Positions 1 through 7,398 of a stretch of 64,000 nucleotides of DNA are shown here, one piece after another. Within the stretch, counting starts at the first letter, position 1. Each line of letters starts with the position of its first letter. The position numbers and the translations under genes were made by a program. The notes under the pieces are model-generated. The model was not told the DNA's origin. It searched no databases and worked only from the letters and a program-made list of their open reading frames with translations. This DNA is from an uncultured Fibrobacterota bacterium (GTDB lineage: Bacteria > Fibrobacterota > Chitinivibrionia > Chitinivibrionales > CAYFVL01). The stretch is from positions 10,032 through 74,031 of the forward strand of contig CAYQOU010000010.1 in the NCBI GenBank assembly GCA_964419255.1, given 5' to 3'.

Positions 1-333
1 GCGGTCCTCAGGAGACGACAACCAAATTCAACCGATGAGCGCCAAACCATACGCATAAACAGCATGGAAATACATCCGGGACGTCATGAAGTGCTTATCG
101 GCGATAGTTCCGTTCAGTTGACTTCCTCCGAGTTCAGAGCGCTTCACTATCTTGCAAGAAAGCCGGGATGGGTGTTCACCAGGTATCAGATTGTAGAGGC
201 GGTGCACGGAAGTAATTATCCGGTCACCGATAGAAGCGTGGATGTTCTCATCGTGGGCCTCAGGAAAAAGCTGGGTGATGCCGGTAAACACATTGAAACG
301 GTACGCGGGATCGGGTATAGATTTAAGGAGTAG
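1..333 (+). CDS. phoB: OmpR/PhoB-family response regulator, C-terminal winged-helix part only (5' end lies outside the window)
   Basis: Frame 1 is open from nt 1. Translation '...LTSSEFRALHYLARKPGWVFTRYQIVEAV...VDVLIVGLRKKL...IETVRGIGYRF' is a trans_reg_C DNA-binding domain. A PhoR-like kinase starts 8 nt downstream, followed by pstB-phoU. Confidence 0.75.
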   Translation, partial: AVLRRRQPNSTDERQTIRINSMEIHPGRHEVLIGDSSVQLTSSEFRALHYLARKPGWVFTRYQIVEAVHGSNYPVTDRSVDVLIVGLRKKLGDAGKHIETVRGIGYRFKE

Positions 334-341
334 ACTTTTCG

Positions 342-2147
342 ATGCAAAAAAGGCCATTCTTCTGGCATATATTTCCTCCCTTTCTCATAATTACTATCAT
401 AGCAAGCGCGGTTATTATCCTGTATGTTAATCATGCGTTGCGTTCTTTGCTGTATGAGCGTACGGTAGAAGATTTAAAAACCCGGGCCTATCTTTTGAAA
501 CATCAGCTGCAATTTGCCCACATGGATTCCCTCATCGATATCGACTCTGTTGCAAAATTCGTCGGAGCCAGAACAAATACGCGCTTGACAATGATTTTGC
601 CTTCAGGTAAAGTAATTGCAGATTCCGATGAAAACCCGCTCCAAATGGATAATCATGCCGATCGCCCTGAGATACGTCAGGCTTTGTCCGGGGATACCGG
701 CATTGAAACACGCTTCAGTGCTACTCTGTCTCGCGACCTTGTTTACGTTGCAATTCCGCTGATGCAATCAGATACATCATCCGGTGTACTGCGGGTGTCG
801 CTGCCTGTAATAGATATGGCGCAAGCCATATCCGGTACGCTTTCGCGCATTCTGGTAACCGGTCTTATTGTTATCCTGCTTTCGATACTGGCAAGTGTTG
901 CCCTTTCACGCCGCCTCAGTCGTCCTCTGGAGTATTTACGAATGGGGGCCCAGAGATTTGCCCGTGGTGATCTGACTATGAGACTTGCGATCCCCGATAC
1001 AGTTGAGAGCGCACAGCTGGCGGAAGCAATGAACACGATGGCTCAACAGCTTGATGAACGCATTCGTACCATTACTCGTCAGAGAAACCAACAGGATGCA
1101 ATTCTTGCAGCAATGGTCGAAGGGGTTATTGCAATTGATAATGATGAACATATCATCATGGTAAATAATGCCGCAACACGAATGCTTGGCAAGGAACCAA
1201 TGGAAATTGTACACCGCTGGGTACAGGAGGCGATTCGGGATGTTTCCCTGCAGCGGTTTATTAAGACCCTCCTAACGGAGCGTATTCCTCAGCAACAGGA
1301 GATTGTTCTTCATCAAAACGGTACCGAGCGGGAACTTCAGGTTAATGGTACCATGTTAAGAGGATCGAGAGGCGGAATTAAGGGGGGATTAATTGTATTG
1401 CATGATGTTACTACTCTTAAACGCCTCGAAAACATACGCAAGGACTTTGTTGCCAACGTATCCCATGAGCTCAGGACACCTCTGACATCAATAAAAGGAT
1501 TCGTTGAAACTCTTTTGGACGGGGCAATGGAAGAGCGGCAGGAGCGGCATCGATTTCTAAAAATCATTGCAAATCATGTCAATCGTCTGAACGCTATTAT
1601 CGAAGACCTTATGACTCTCAGTCGTCTGGAAAAAGTTGATCTGGACGAGAAAGTGCATCTTGAAACCTCCTCTCTTGATCCGATCGTGCGGGATGCGGTC
1701 ACCGTGTGTTCCGCAAAAGCTTCACAACAAAGGATATCAATATCGATCGAAGGCGAACGGGGGCTTACTGCAGTTTGCAATGCCTCACTCTTTGAACAGG
1801 CATTGATAAACCTGGTTGATAACGCCATAAAGTATAGTCCGCCGGAAAGTCATGTGCGAATCGGATGTACACGCCTGGATGGTACTATAAGTGTGTCTGT
1901 AACTGATCAGGGGCCAGGTATTGCCCAGGAACATATTCCACGTTTATTTGAGCGTTTCTACCGAATAGATAAAGCCCGCAGCCGCAAATTAGGTGGTACC
2001 GGCCTGGGGCTGGCTATTGTAAAACATATAATGCACGCAAATAATGGTTCGATCACCGTCGAAAGTGAATTAGGAAAAGGCTCAATGTTTACTTTGCTTT
2101 TACCGACCGACCACATTGTTAAAAGCATTACTAAGGAGAATGCATGA
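342..2147 (+). CDS. phoR: PhoR-like sensor histidine kinase (TM sensor, HAMP, PAS, HisKA, HATPase_c)
   Basis: 601 aa. H-box '[19 protein letters not shown]', N-box '[12 protein letters not shown]', G-boxes 'DQGPGI' and '[13 protein letters not shown]'. The stop overlaps the pstB start (ATGA at 2144-2147). Confidence 0.85.
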   Translation: MQKRPFFWHIFPPFLIITIIASAVIILYVNHALRSLLYERTVEDLKTRAYLLKHQLQFAHMDSLIDIDSVAKFVGARTNTRLTMILPSGKVIADSDENPLQMDNHADRPEIRQALSGDTGIETRFSATLSRDLVYVAIPLMQSDTSSGVLRVSLPVIDMAQAISGTLSRILVTGLIVILLSILASVALSRRLSRPLEYLRMGAQRFARGDLTMRLAIPDTVESAQLAEAMNTMAQQLDERIRTITRQRNQQDAILAAMVEGVIAIDNDEHIIMVNNAATRMLGKEPMEIVHRWVQEAIRDVSLQRFIKTLLTERIPQQQEIVLHQNGTERELQVNGTMLRGSRGGIKGGLIVLHDVTTLKRLENIRKDFVANVSHELRTPLTSIKGFVETLLDGAMEERQERHRFLKIIANHVNRLNAIIEDLMTLSRLEKVDLDEKVHLETSSLDPIVRDAVTVCSAKASQQRISISIEGERGLTAVCNASLFEQALINLVDNAIKYSPPESHVRIGCTRLDGTISVSVTDQGPGIAQEHIPRLFERFYRIDKARSRKLGGTGLGLAIVKHIMHANNGSITVESELGKGSMFTLLLPTDHIVKSITKENA

Positions 2148-2920
2148 GCGAATCGAGAGAAATACTACCAATCAAAATCCAAACCCAAAACCTTGATTTT
2201 TTCTATGGAAATTCTCAGGCACTTTTCAACATTTCCCTTGAAATGCCTGCAAACCAGGTTACCGCTCTTATCGGTCCTTCGGGTTGTGGAAAGTCAACCT
2301 TCCTTCGGACCCTTAACAGGATGAATGATATTATTGGTAATACCCGTGTAAAGGGAACTGTGCAGATAGATGGTCAGAACATCTATGACAACTCTTCAGA
2401 TGTCGTGCTGTTGCGCAAACGAATAGGTATGGTTTTTCAGAAATCTACCCCTTTCCCCAAATCTATATTCGACAATGTCGCATTCGGTCCGCGTATTCAC
2501 GGTATTCGCAACAAGGCAAAACTCGAGGAGATCGTTGAGCAGAGTCTCCGCAAATCAGCCTTATGGGAAGAAGTTAAAGACAGAATAACAAAGAGCGCCA
2601 TGGGATTATCGGGAGGCCAGCAGCAAAGGCTCTGTATTGCCCGTGCACTGGCGGTGGAGCCTGAGATACTTCTGATGGACGAACCGGCATCAGCCCTGGA
2701 TCCGCGTTCCACGGCACGCATCGAAGATCTTATCGCTGAGTTAAGAAACGCCTATACCATAATTATTGTGACCCATAACATGCAACAGGCGTCTCGAGTA
2801 TCAGACAGGACGGCATTTTTTTACGAAGGAAAAATGATAGAAAGCGGAGCTACGGAACAGATATTTACACAACCGAAAAAAAGACAAACAGAAGATTATA
2901 TCACAGGACGATTCGGATAG
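2144..2920 (+). CDS. pstB: Phosphate ABC transporter ATP-binding protein PstB
   Basis: 258 aa. Walker A 'GPSGCGKST', ABC signature '[15 protein letters not shown]', Walker B 'ILLMDEP'. The N-terminus is typical of PstB. Confidence 0.93.
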   Translation: MSESREILPIKIQTQNLDFFYGNSQALFNISLEMPANQVTALIGPSGCGKSTFLRTLNRMNDIIGNTRVKGTVQIDGQNIYDNSSDVVLLRKRIGMVFQKSTPFPKSIFDNVAFGPRIHGIRNKAKLEEIVEQSLRKSALWEEVKDRITKSAMGLSGGQQQRLCIARALAVEPEILLMDEPASALDPRSTARIEDLIAELRNAYTIIIVTHNMQQASRVSDRTAFFYEGKMIESGATEQIFTQPKKRQTEDYITGRFG

Positions 2921-2954
2921 ATCTTTGCCCGACCCACACGTTTGAGGAGAGAAT

Positions 2955-3629
2955 ATGACGCTCATAATGCAAAAGGAAACTGATAAACTTAAAAAAGCAC
3001 TTTTGTCACTCTGCGCTCTGGTTGTAAATAATGTTTCTAAATCAGTCAGAGCTGTAATGCAAAAAGATTCTGAGGCAGCTTACAAGGTGATGGCTAACGA
3101 TCGAGAAATAGATAGTGCGGAGATCGAAGTTGAAGAAGAATGCCTCAAAATTTTGGCTCTTCACCAGCCGGTTGCAGGTGACCTGCGATTCATTATCGCA
3201 GTCATGAAAATTAATAACGACCTAGAAAGAGTTGGGGATCTGGCAGTTAATATCGCAGAGAATGCCATCGCCCTTGCCAAGTTAGGCAATGCCCCTTCTC
3301 CATTCGATCTTTCCGGCATGAGCGAAATAGTCATAGACATGCTCAACAAAAGCATTGATGCACTGATAAACATTGATACCGAGCTTGCCCATGCCGTATG
3401 TCAGATGGATGATAGTGTTGATAAAATAAATCGGGAGATGTATTCAAGCGTAAAAAACTGTATTGTATCCGACCCCGAAAAAATCGATTGTCTTATCCAC
3501 TACCTCTCGATATCACGCCATCTTGAGCGCATCGGCGATCATGCGACAAATATATCTGAAGATATAATATACATGAATAATGGAGAAATCATTAGACACA
3601 AAGTCCGAAGCAATGAACCGCATTCTTAA
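2955..3629 (+). CDS. phoU: Phosphate signalling regulator PhoU
   Basis: 224 aa with two PhoU repeats ('DLERVGDLAVNIAE', 'HLERIGDHATNISE'). A GAGGAG RBS lies upstream. Confidence 0.9.
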   Translation: MTLIMQKETDKLKKALLSLCALVVNNVSKSVRAVMQKDSEAAYKVMANDREIDSAEIEVEEECLKILALHQPVAGDLRFIIAVMKINNDLERVGDLAVNIAENAIALAKLGNAPSPFDLSGMSEIVIDMLNKSIDALINIDTELAHAVCQMDDSVDKINREMYSSVKNCIVSDPEKIDCLIHYLSISRHLERIGDHATNISEDIIYMNNGEIIRHKVRSNEPHS

Positions 3630-4318
3630 ACGTCTCCATTTTTGATCTTTGTAAGTATCTGACCGAGTATTTTATTCGTTTGCTTACAATAGGTAACAGA
3701 AGAGATGATATCTTCTGCCTTTTGCACATAAGGCCCCCCGGTAAGCTCATAGGAGCAGGCATTTACCAGTGCATTAATGCCTTCGGGGGTTGACTCCAGG
3801 TGGAACTGCATACCAACGACCCGATCATCATAAATAAAGCACTGATTTTCACACGCCGCGCTTCGCGCAATTTGCCGGCATCCTGAAGGTATATCGAAGG
3901 TTTCCCCATGCCAGTGCAATACGGGTGTATTGTCAGGCAGACTGATAAGGCTGTGAGCATTGGCTGGAGAGGAGAATATGGGAAACCAGCCGATCTCCCT
4001 GTACCTGTTCCTTTTTACCGCCGCCCCCATTACCGAAGCAATCATTTGTGCCCCCAGACATATTCCTATAACATACTTCCCCGAAGAAATCGCCTTTTCG
4101 ATGTGTAGCTTTTCCCTTTTCATCCATGGAAAAAGCTTTTCATCCGAAACACTCATGGGACCACCCATTATCACCAAAAGCGTGTATCTTTCATGGGAAG
4201 GAAGCGGTTCACCTTTATACAAATGAGTTTCTGTGAAAGGGATTGCATTTACATGCGCCCAGCTGCGTATTGCACCGGGCCCTTCAAAAGCAACATGTCG
4301 TATCACATGAATGTGCAT
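3626..4318 (-). CDS. Class-I glutamine amidotransferase-like protein (GMP-synthase-type GATase1 domain)
   Basis: 'LLVIMGGPMSV...KYVIGICLGAQMIA...LHWHGETF' gives the nucleophile-elbow Cys and the His of GATase1. I place the start at Met16 of the listed ORF (MHIHVIRH). Its stop overlaps the phoU stop in the palindrome TTAA (3626-3629). Confidence 0.7.
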   Translation of the reverse strand: MHIHVIRHVAFEGPGAIRSWAHVNAIPFTETHLYKGEPLPSHERYTLLVIMGGPMSVSDEKLFPWMKREKLHIEKAISSGKYVIGICLGAQMIASVMGAAVKRNRYREIGWFPIFSSPANAHSLISLPDNTPVLHWHGETFDIPSGCRQIARSAACENQCFIYDDRVVGMQFHLESTPEGINALVNACSYELTGGPYVQKAEDIISSVTYCKQTNKILGQILTKIKNGDV

Positions 4319-4440
4319 AGTATACTTCTCTCTGTTAAGTTCGGCAAAACCCGAAAAAAACAAAGTTCAAAGGACAAAAATATCAGAAAATCAGGAAAAG
4401 ATAAATAGATGAAATGATACTATTAAAAAACGTGCATCTT

Positions 4441-4539
4441 TCATCTTCTGTCTCGCCGTCCTCCTCCATTCCGCTTCAGCGAAAGGACGGGAGCATAGGG
4501 CAATTTGGATGCTTGTATAACCGCAACCATCATCTTCAT
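4441..4539 (-). pseudogene. glnK: Truncated remnant of a glnK/PII gene downstream of amtB copy 1
   Basis: A 32-codon ORF 'MKMMVAVIQASKLPYAPVLSLKRNGGGRRDRR' starts 16 nt after the amtB stop. Its first 14 residues match the intact GlnK at 9837-10178 ('[20 protein letters not shown]'). After that the similarity is lost, and it stops at 32 aa versus 113 aa. Confidence 0.6.
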
Positions 4540-4555
4540 TTTAATCTCTTCTGTT

Positions 4556-5875
4556 CTATGATTCTGTAGTAAATATCTGAAATCCATTATACGCTTCCAT
4601 ACCCATTTCGCCCACATCCAAACCGCCGATTTCTTCTTCGCGGGAGACCCGTACACCAACAGTTTTTTTCAATATAAACCACAAGAGCAAAGAAATAGGA
4701 AAAACCGTTGCACCTATTACGATTACTCCCAGAAGTTGTATTCCCATCAAAGCTAACCCGCCGCCGTAGAACAGCCCTCCATCACCGCCGCGCAGTGAAG
4801 GAATCGCAAATAGCCCTACAGCCAGCGTCCCCCACACACCATTAACCAGGTGCACTGCGAGTGCCCCCACAGGATCATCAATACTTATCTTATCAAATCC
4901 ATACACCGCCAGCACAACTAATACACCTGCTATTAAACCTATTATGAGTGATCCAACCGGTGATACAACTGCGCAGGGTGCGGTGATTGCCACCAGTCCG
5001 GCAAGGCATCCATTGACAATCATAGAAAGATCCGGTTTTCCGCCAATGATCCAAGCACTGATCATTGCTCCCAAGATCCCTGTACAGCTTGCCAAACCCG
5101 TTGTCAATGCTATTCGTGGGACGTTTGCATCCATTGCCAATTGACTGCCCGGATTGAAACCAAACCAACCGAGCCATAATATAAACCCTCCCAGTGTCGC
5201 AAGAGGAATGGAATGACCAACGATGGCACGCGGCGAACCATCAGGCATATACTTACCGATACGCGGTCCCAGAAGTAACACTCCAGCCAGTGCTGCCCAG
5301 CCTCCCACAGAATGTACAACCGTGGAGCCGGCAAAATCGTGAAATCCCATCTCGCCAAGCCAGCCGCCGCCCCATATCCAGTGACCACCAAGTGGGTAAA
5401 TAAAGGCAACCAGAAAAGTGCCAAATATTAAATACGATACAAACTTTATTCTTTCAGCAACCGCTCCCGAAATTATCGAACATCCGGCCGCAGCAAATGC
5501 CGCCTGAAAGAAAAAGAAAGCATATACCGGAATATTGGTTGCCGGATTGTGTGCCGATTCATCTACCATAAATGAACTTGTCCCCACAATACTATTACCC
5601 GGGCCAAACATCAAACCGTACCCGACAGCCCAAAAGGCGACCATGGAAATTGCAAAGACACTGAAATTTTTCCCAAGAATGTTTACGGCGTTTTTTGATC
5701 GACAGAAACCGGTCTCCACAAACGCGAATCCTGCATTCATAAAAAAGACAAGAAATGCCGCCACAAGTACCCAAAGGGTGTCTATCAAATTTATAGCTGT
5801 TCCGTCTTGAGCCATAACCGCACCAGTGGTTAATAGAACTAAAATGGAAACGACACTTCCACGGCGCAATTTCAT
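4556..5875 (-). CDS. amtB: Ammonium transporter AmtB (copy 1)
   Basis: Start taken at Met41 of the listed ORF ('MKLRRGSVVSILVLLTTGAVMAQDG', a signal-like N-terminus with a GGAGG RBS upstream). Amt signatures 'FAGSTVVHSVGGWAALAG' and 'DDPVGALAVHLVNGVWGT'. Clear paralog of the gene at 10215-11558. Confidence 0.9.
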   Translation of the reverse strand: MKLRRGSVVSILVLLTTGAVMAQDGTAINLIDTLWVLVAAFLVFFMNAGFAFVETGFCRSKNAVNILGKNFSVFAISMVAFWAVGYGLMFGPGNSIVGTSSFMVDESAHNPATNIPVYAFFFFQAAFAAAGCSIISGAVAERIKFVSYLIFGTFLVAFIYPLGGHWIWGGGWLGEMGFHDFAGSTVVHSVGGWAALAGVLLLGPRIGKYMPDGSPRAIVGHSIPLATLGGFILWLGWFGFNPGSQLAMDANVPRIALTTGLASCTGILGAMISAWIIGGKPDLSMIVNGCLAGLVAITAPCAVVSPVGSLIIGLIAGVLVVLAVYGFDKISIDDPVGALAVHLVNGVWGTLAVGLFAIPSLRGGDGGLFYGGGLALMGIQLLGVIVIGATVFPISLLLWFILKKTVGVRVSREEEIGGLDVGEMGMEAYNGFQIFTTES

Positions 5876-5944
5876 GCAGGACCTCCTCGTTTGACACATA
5901 ATTGTTGTATAAAAATTCAAGAATGAATCGTGGCACCTATATAC

Positions 5945-5959
5945 GCAACCCACATACCA
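5945..5959 (-). promoter_or_regulatory. Possible sigma-54 (-24/-12) promoter for amtB copy 1
   Basis: The minus strand reads TGGTAT-GTGGG-TTGC with correct GG/GC spacing. The GTTGCGTAT after it is identical to the porin-amtB promoter at 12822-12836. It lies 70 nt upstream of the ATG. Confidence 0.45.
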
Positions 5960-6120
5960 AACAATCGATTTGCATATCTGTTCTAAAAAACTCAATTTTG
6001 CTTTTCGGGTGGGAACAAATTTGTGTCATCCTGGTTTTGTGTGACAAATATGTATCACATACATCGTGTTTTCCCACGATCAGCTATTGCATATATAAAG
6101 TATAAAGGAACAAATGGCTG

Positions 6121-6135
6121 TGGCGCCATTTTTGC
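6121..6135 (+). promoter_or_regulatory. Sigma-54 (-24/-12) type promoter upstream of the degenerate activator gene
   Basis: TGGCGC-CATTT-TTGC, one mismatch to TGGCAC-N5-TTGC. It lies 27 nt before the first ATG (6162) and 81 nt before the alternative ATG (6216). Confidence 0.6.
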
Positions 6136-6161
6136 TTGCTTTGACAGCACACAAATAATGG

Positions 6162-7181
6162 ATGATTAAAAGTAAACTATCGATTCTCTTATCTTCTGTC
6201 AAGTGTAAGTTACATATGCTTATTACAGTGAACAATGCATTAGTAGGAACAAGTGAATCTATACAAAAGGTCCGTGATGCCATTGAGCGGGTTGCACACA
6301 CGACGACTCCGATACTGCTTGTAGGTGAGACCGGCACAGGAAAAGAAAGCATCGCGCGTGAAATTCACGAACTCTCGAATTTTTCGCAGGGTTCTTTTGT
6401 GACGGTCAATTGCCCTGCACTCACCGACACTGATTTGCAACAGGGACTGCTTCTTCATTCTCCTCCCCATGGTATAAAAAGGGGATATCAATCTTTGAGA
6501 CATGTGAACAATGCCACGGTGTTTCTCAATGAAATTGGCGAATTGCCATTAAGCGCACAGGGTGTTTTACTGGAGGTTCTTCAAAAATGGGATACCCACA
6601 GGCTGGAGAACGAAAAGCATACCTATACAACACGATTTATCGCATCGACGAGTCGCAATTTGGCCGAATGTGTCAAAATCGGAGAATTCAGAAAAGATCT
6701 TTTTTACCGTATAAATGTTTTTACAATCACACTACCACTCTTACGAGAACGCATTCCGGACATAATTCTTCTGGTCGATCACCTTCTTAACGCATACAAG
6801 ATAAGATACAGTAAACACATAGAGACAATCTCATCCGAAGCACTCGAATTATTGACCTTATACCCTTGGCCGGGTAATGTGCGGGAGCTGGAAAATGTCA
6901 TCGAGCATGCCGTGCTGGTATCTGCGGACACGGTAATTGAGGCACACGATCTGCCGAGCTGGATGCAGGTTTCAAGCACTGAAGATCATTCTCATGGTGA
7001 TACATTTAAAAGCCTTATAGCCGCCTATGAGAAAAAAATCATAACCAATGCTTTGGAAACTGCGCGAGGTAATCAGACAGAAGCGGCACGGCTTTTGGGC
7101 ACAACCAAGAGAGTTATTCAATATAAGGTGCGTCTCTACCATATAGACTACAGAAAGTTCAGAAACAGTCAGCCATTTTAA
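6162..7181 (+). CDS. Sigma-54-activator-like AAA+ protein with Fis-type HTH; no N-terminal sensor domain, degenerate GAFTGA and Walker B
   Basis: 339 aa. Walker A 'GETGTGKE', 'FRKDLFYRINV', 'WPGNVRELENVIEHAV' and C-terminal HTH 'NQTEAARLLGTTKRVIQYKV' are present. Where family members carry 'ELFGHEKGAFTGA', this protein has 'LLLHSPPHGIKRG'. Walker B reads 'VFLNEIGE' (N instead of D). The start may instead be 6216. Confidence 0.75.
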   Translation: MIKSKLSILLSSVKCKLHMLITVNNALVGTSESIQKVRDAIERVAHTTTPILLVGETGTGKESIAREIHELSNFSQGSFVTVNCPALTDTDLQQGLLLHSPPHGIKRGYQSLRHVNNATVFLNEIGELPLSAQGVLLEVLQKWDTHRLENEKHTYTTRFIASTSRNLAECVKIGEFRKDLFYRINVFTITLPLLRERIPDIILLVDHLLNAYKIRYSKHIETISSEALELLTLYPWPGNVRELENVIEHAVLVSADTVIEAHDLPSWMQVSSTEDHSHGDTFKSLIAAYEKKIITNALETARGNQTEAARLLGTTKRVIQYKVRLYHIDYRKFRNSQPF

Positions 7182-7329
7182 ACCTGCATTGTGCGGTTCT
7201 GAGTGGATGATTCGCCCAATCCCTTAAGGGCAGAAAGGTTGGAGTAGTCGTGCGGAATACCCTCTGTGGTATTTTCGACATTGCTGAAGCCCGGGATTCC
7301 CTGTGCCCTGCAGAATGGTATTGTAATTC
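7182..7329 (+). repeat. Intergenic repeat element, copy C
   Basis: Starts immediately after the stop codon at 7181: 'acctgcattgtgcggttc...cattgctgaagccc...cagaatggtattgtaattc'. It aligns along its length with the copies at 19052 and 30616. Confidence 0.75.
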
Positions 7330-7398
7330 TGTATATTGTATTTTGTGACTGCAGTCTGAGTCTATACTGAAAAACCTTTTTATACCAGAAAAACAATC

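Noticed and set aside
5928-5943. TGGCAC on the plus strand upstream of the degenerate activator gene
   Set aside because: It is followed by CTATA-TACG, not TTGC, so there is no -12 element. The better plus-strand candidate is at 6121-6135.
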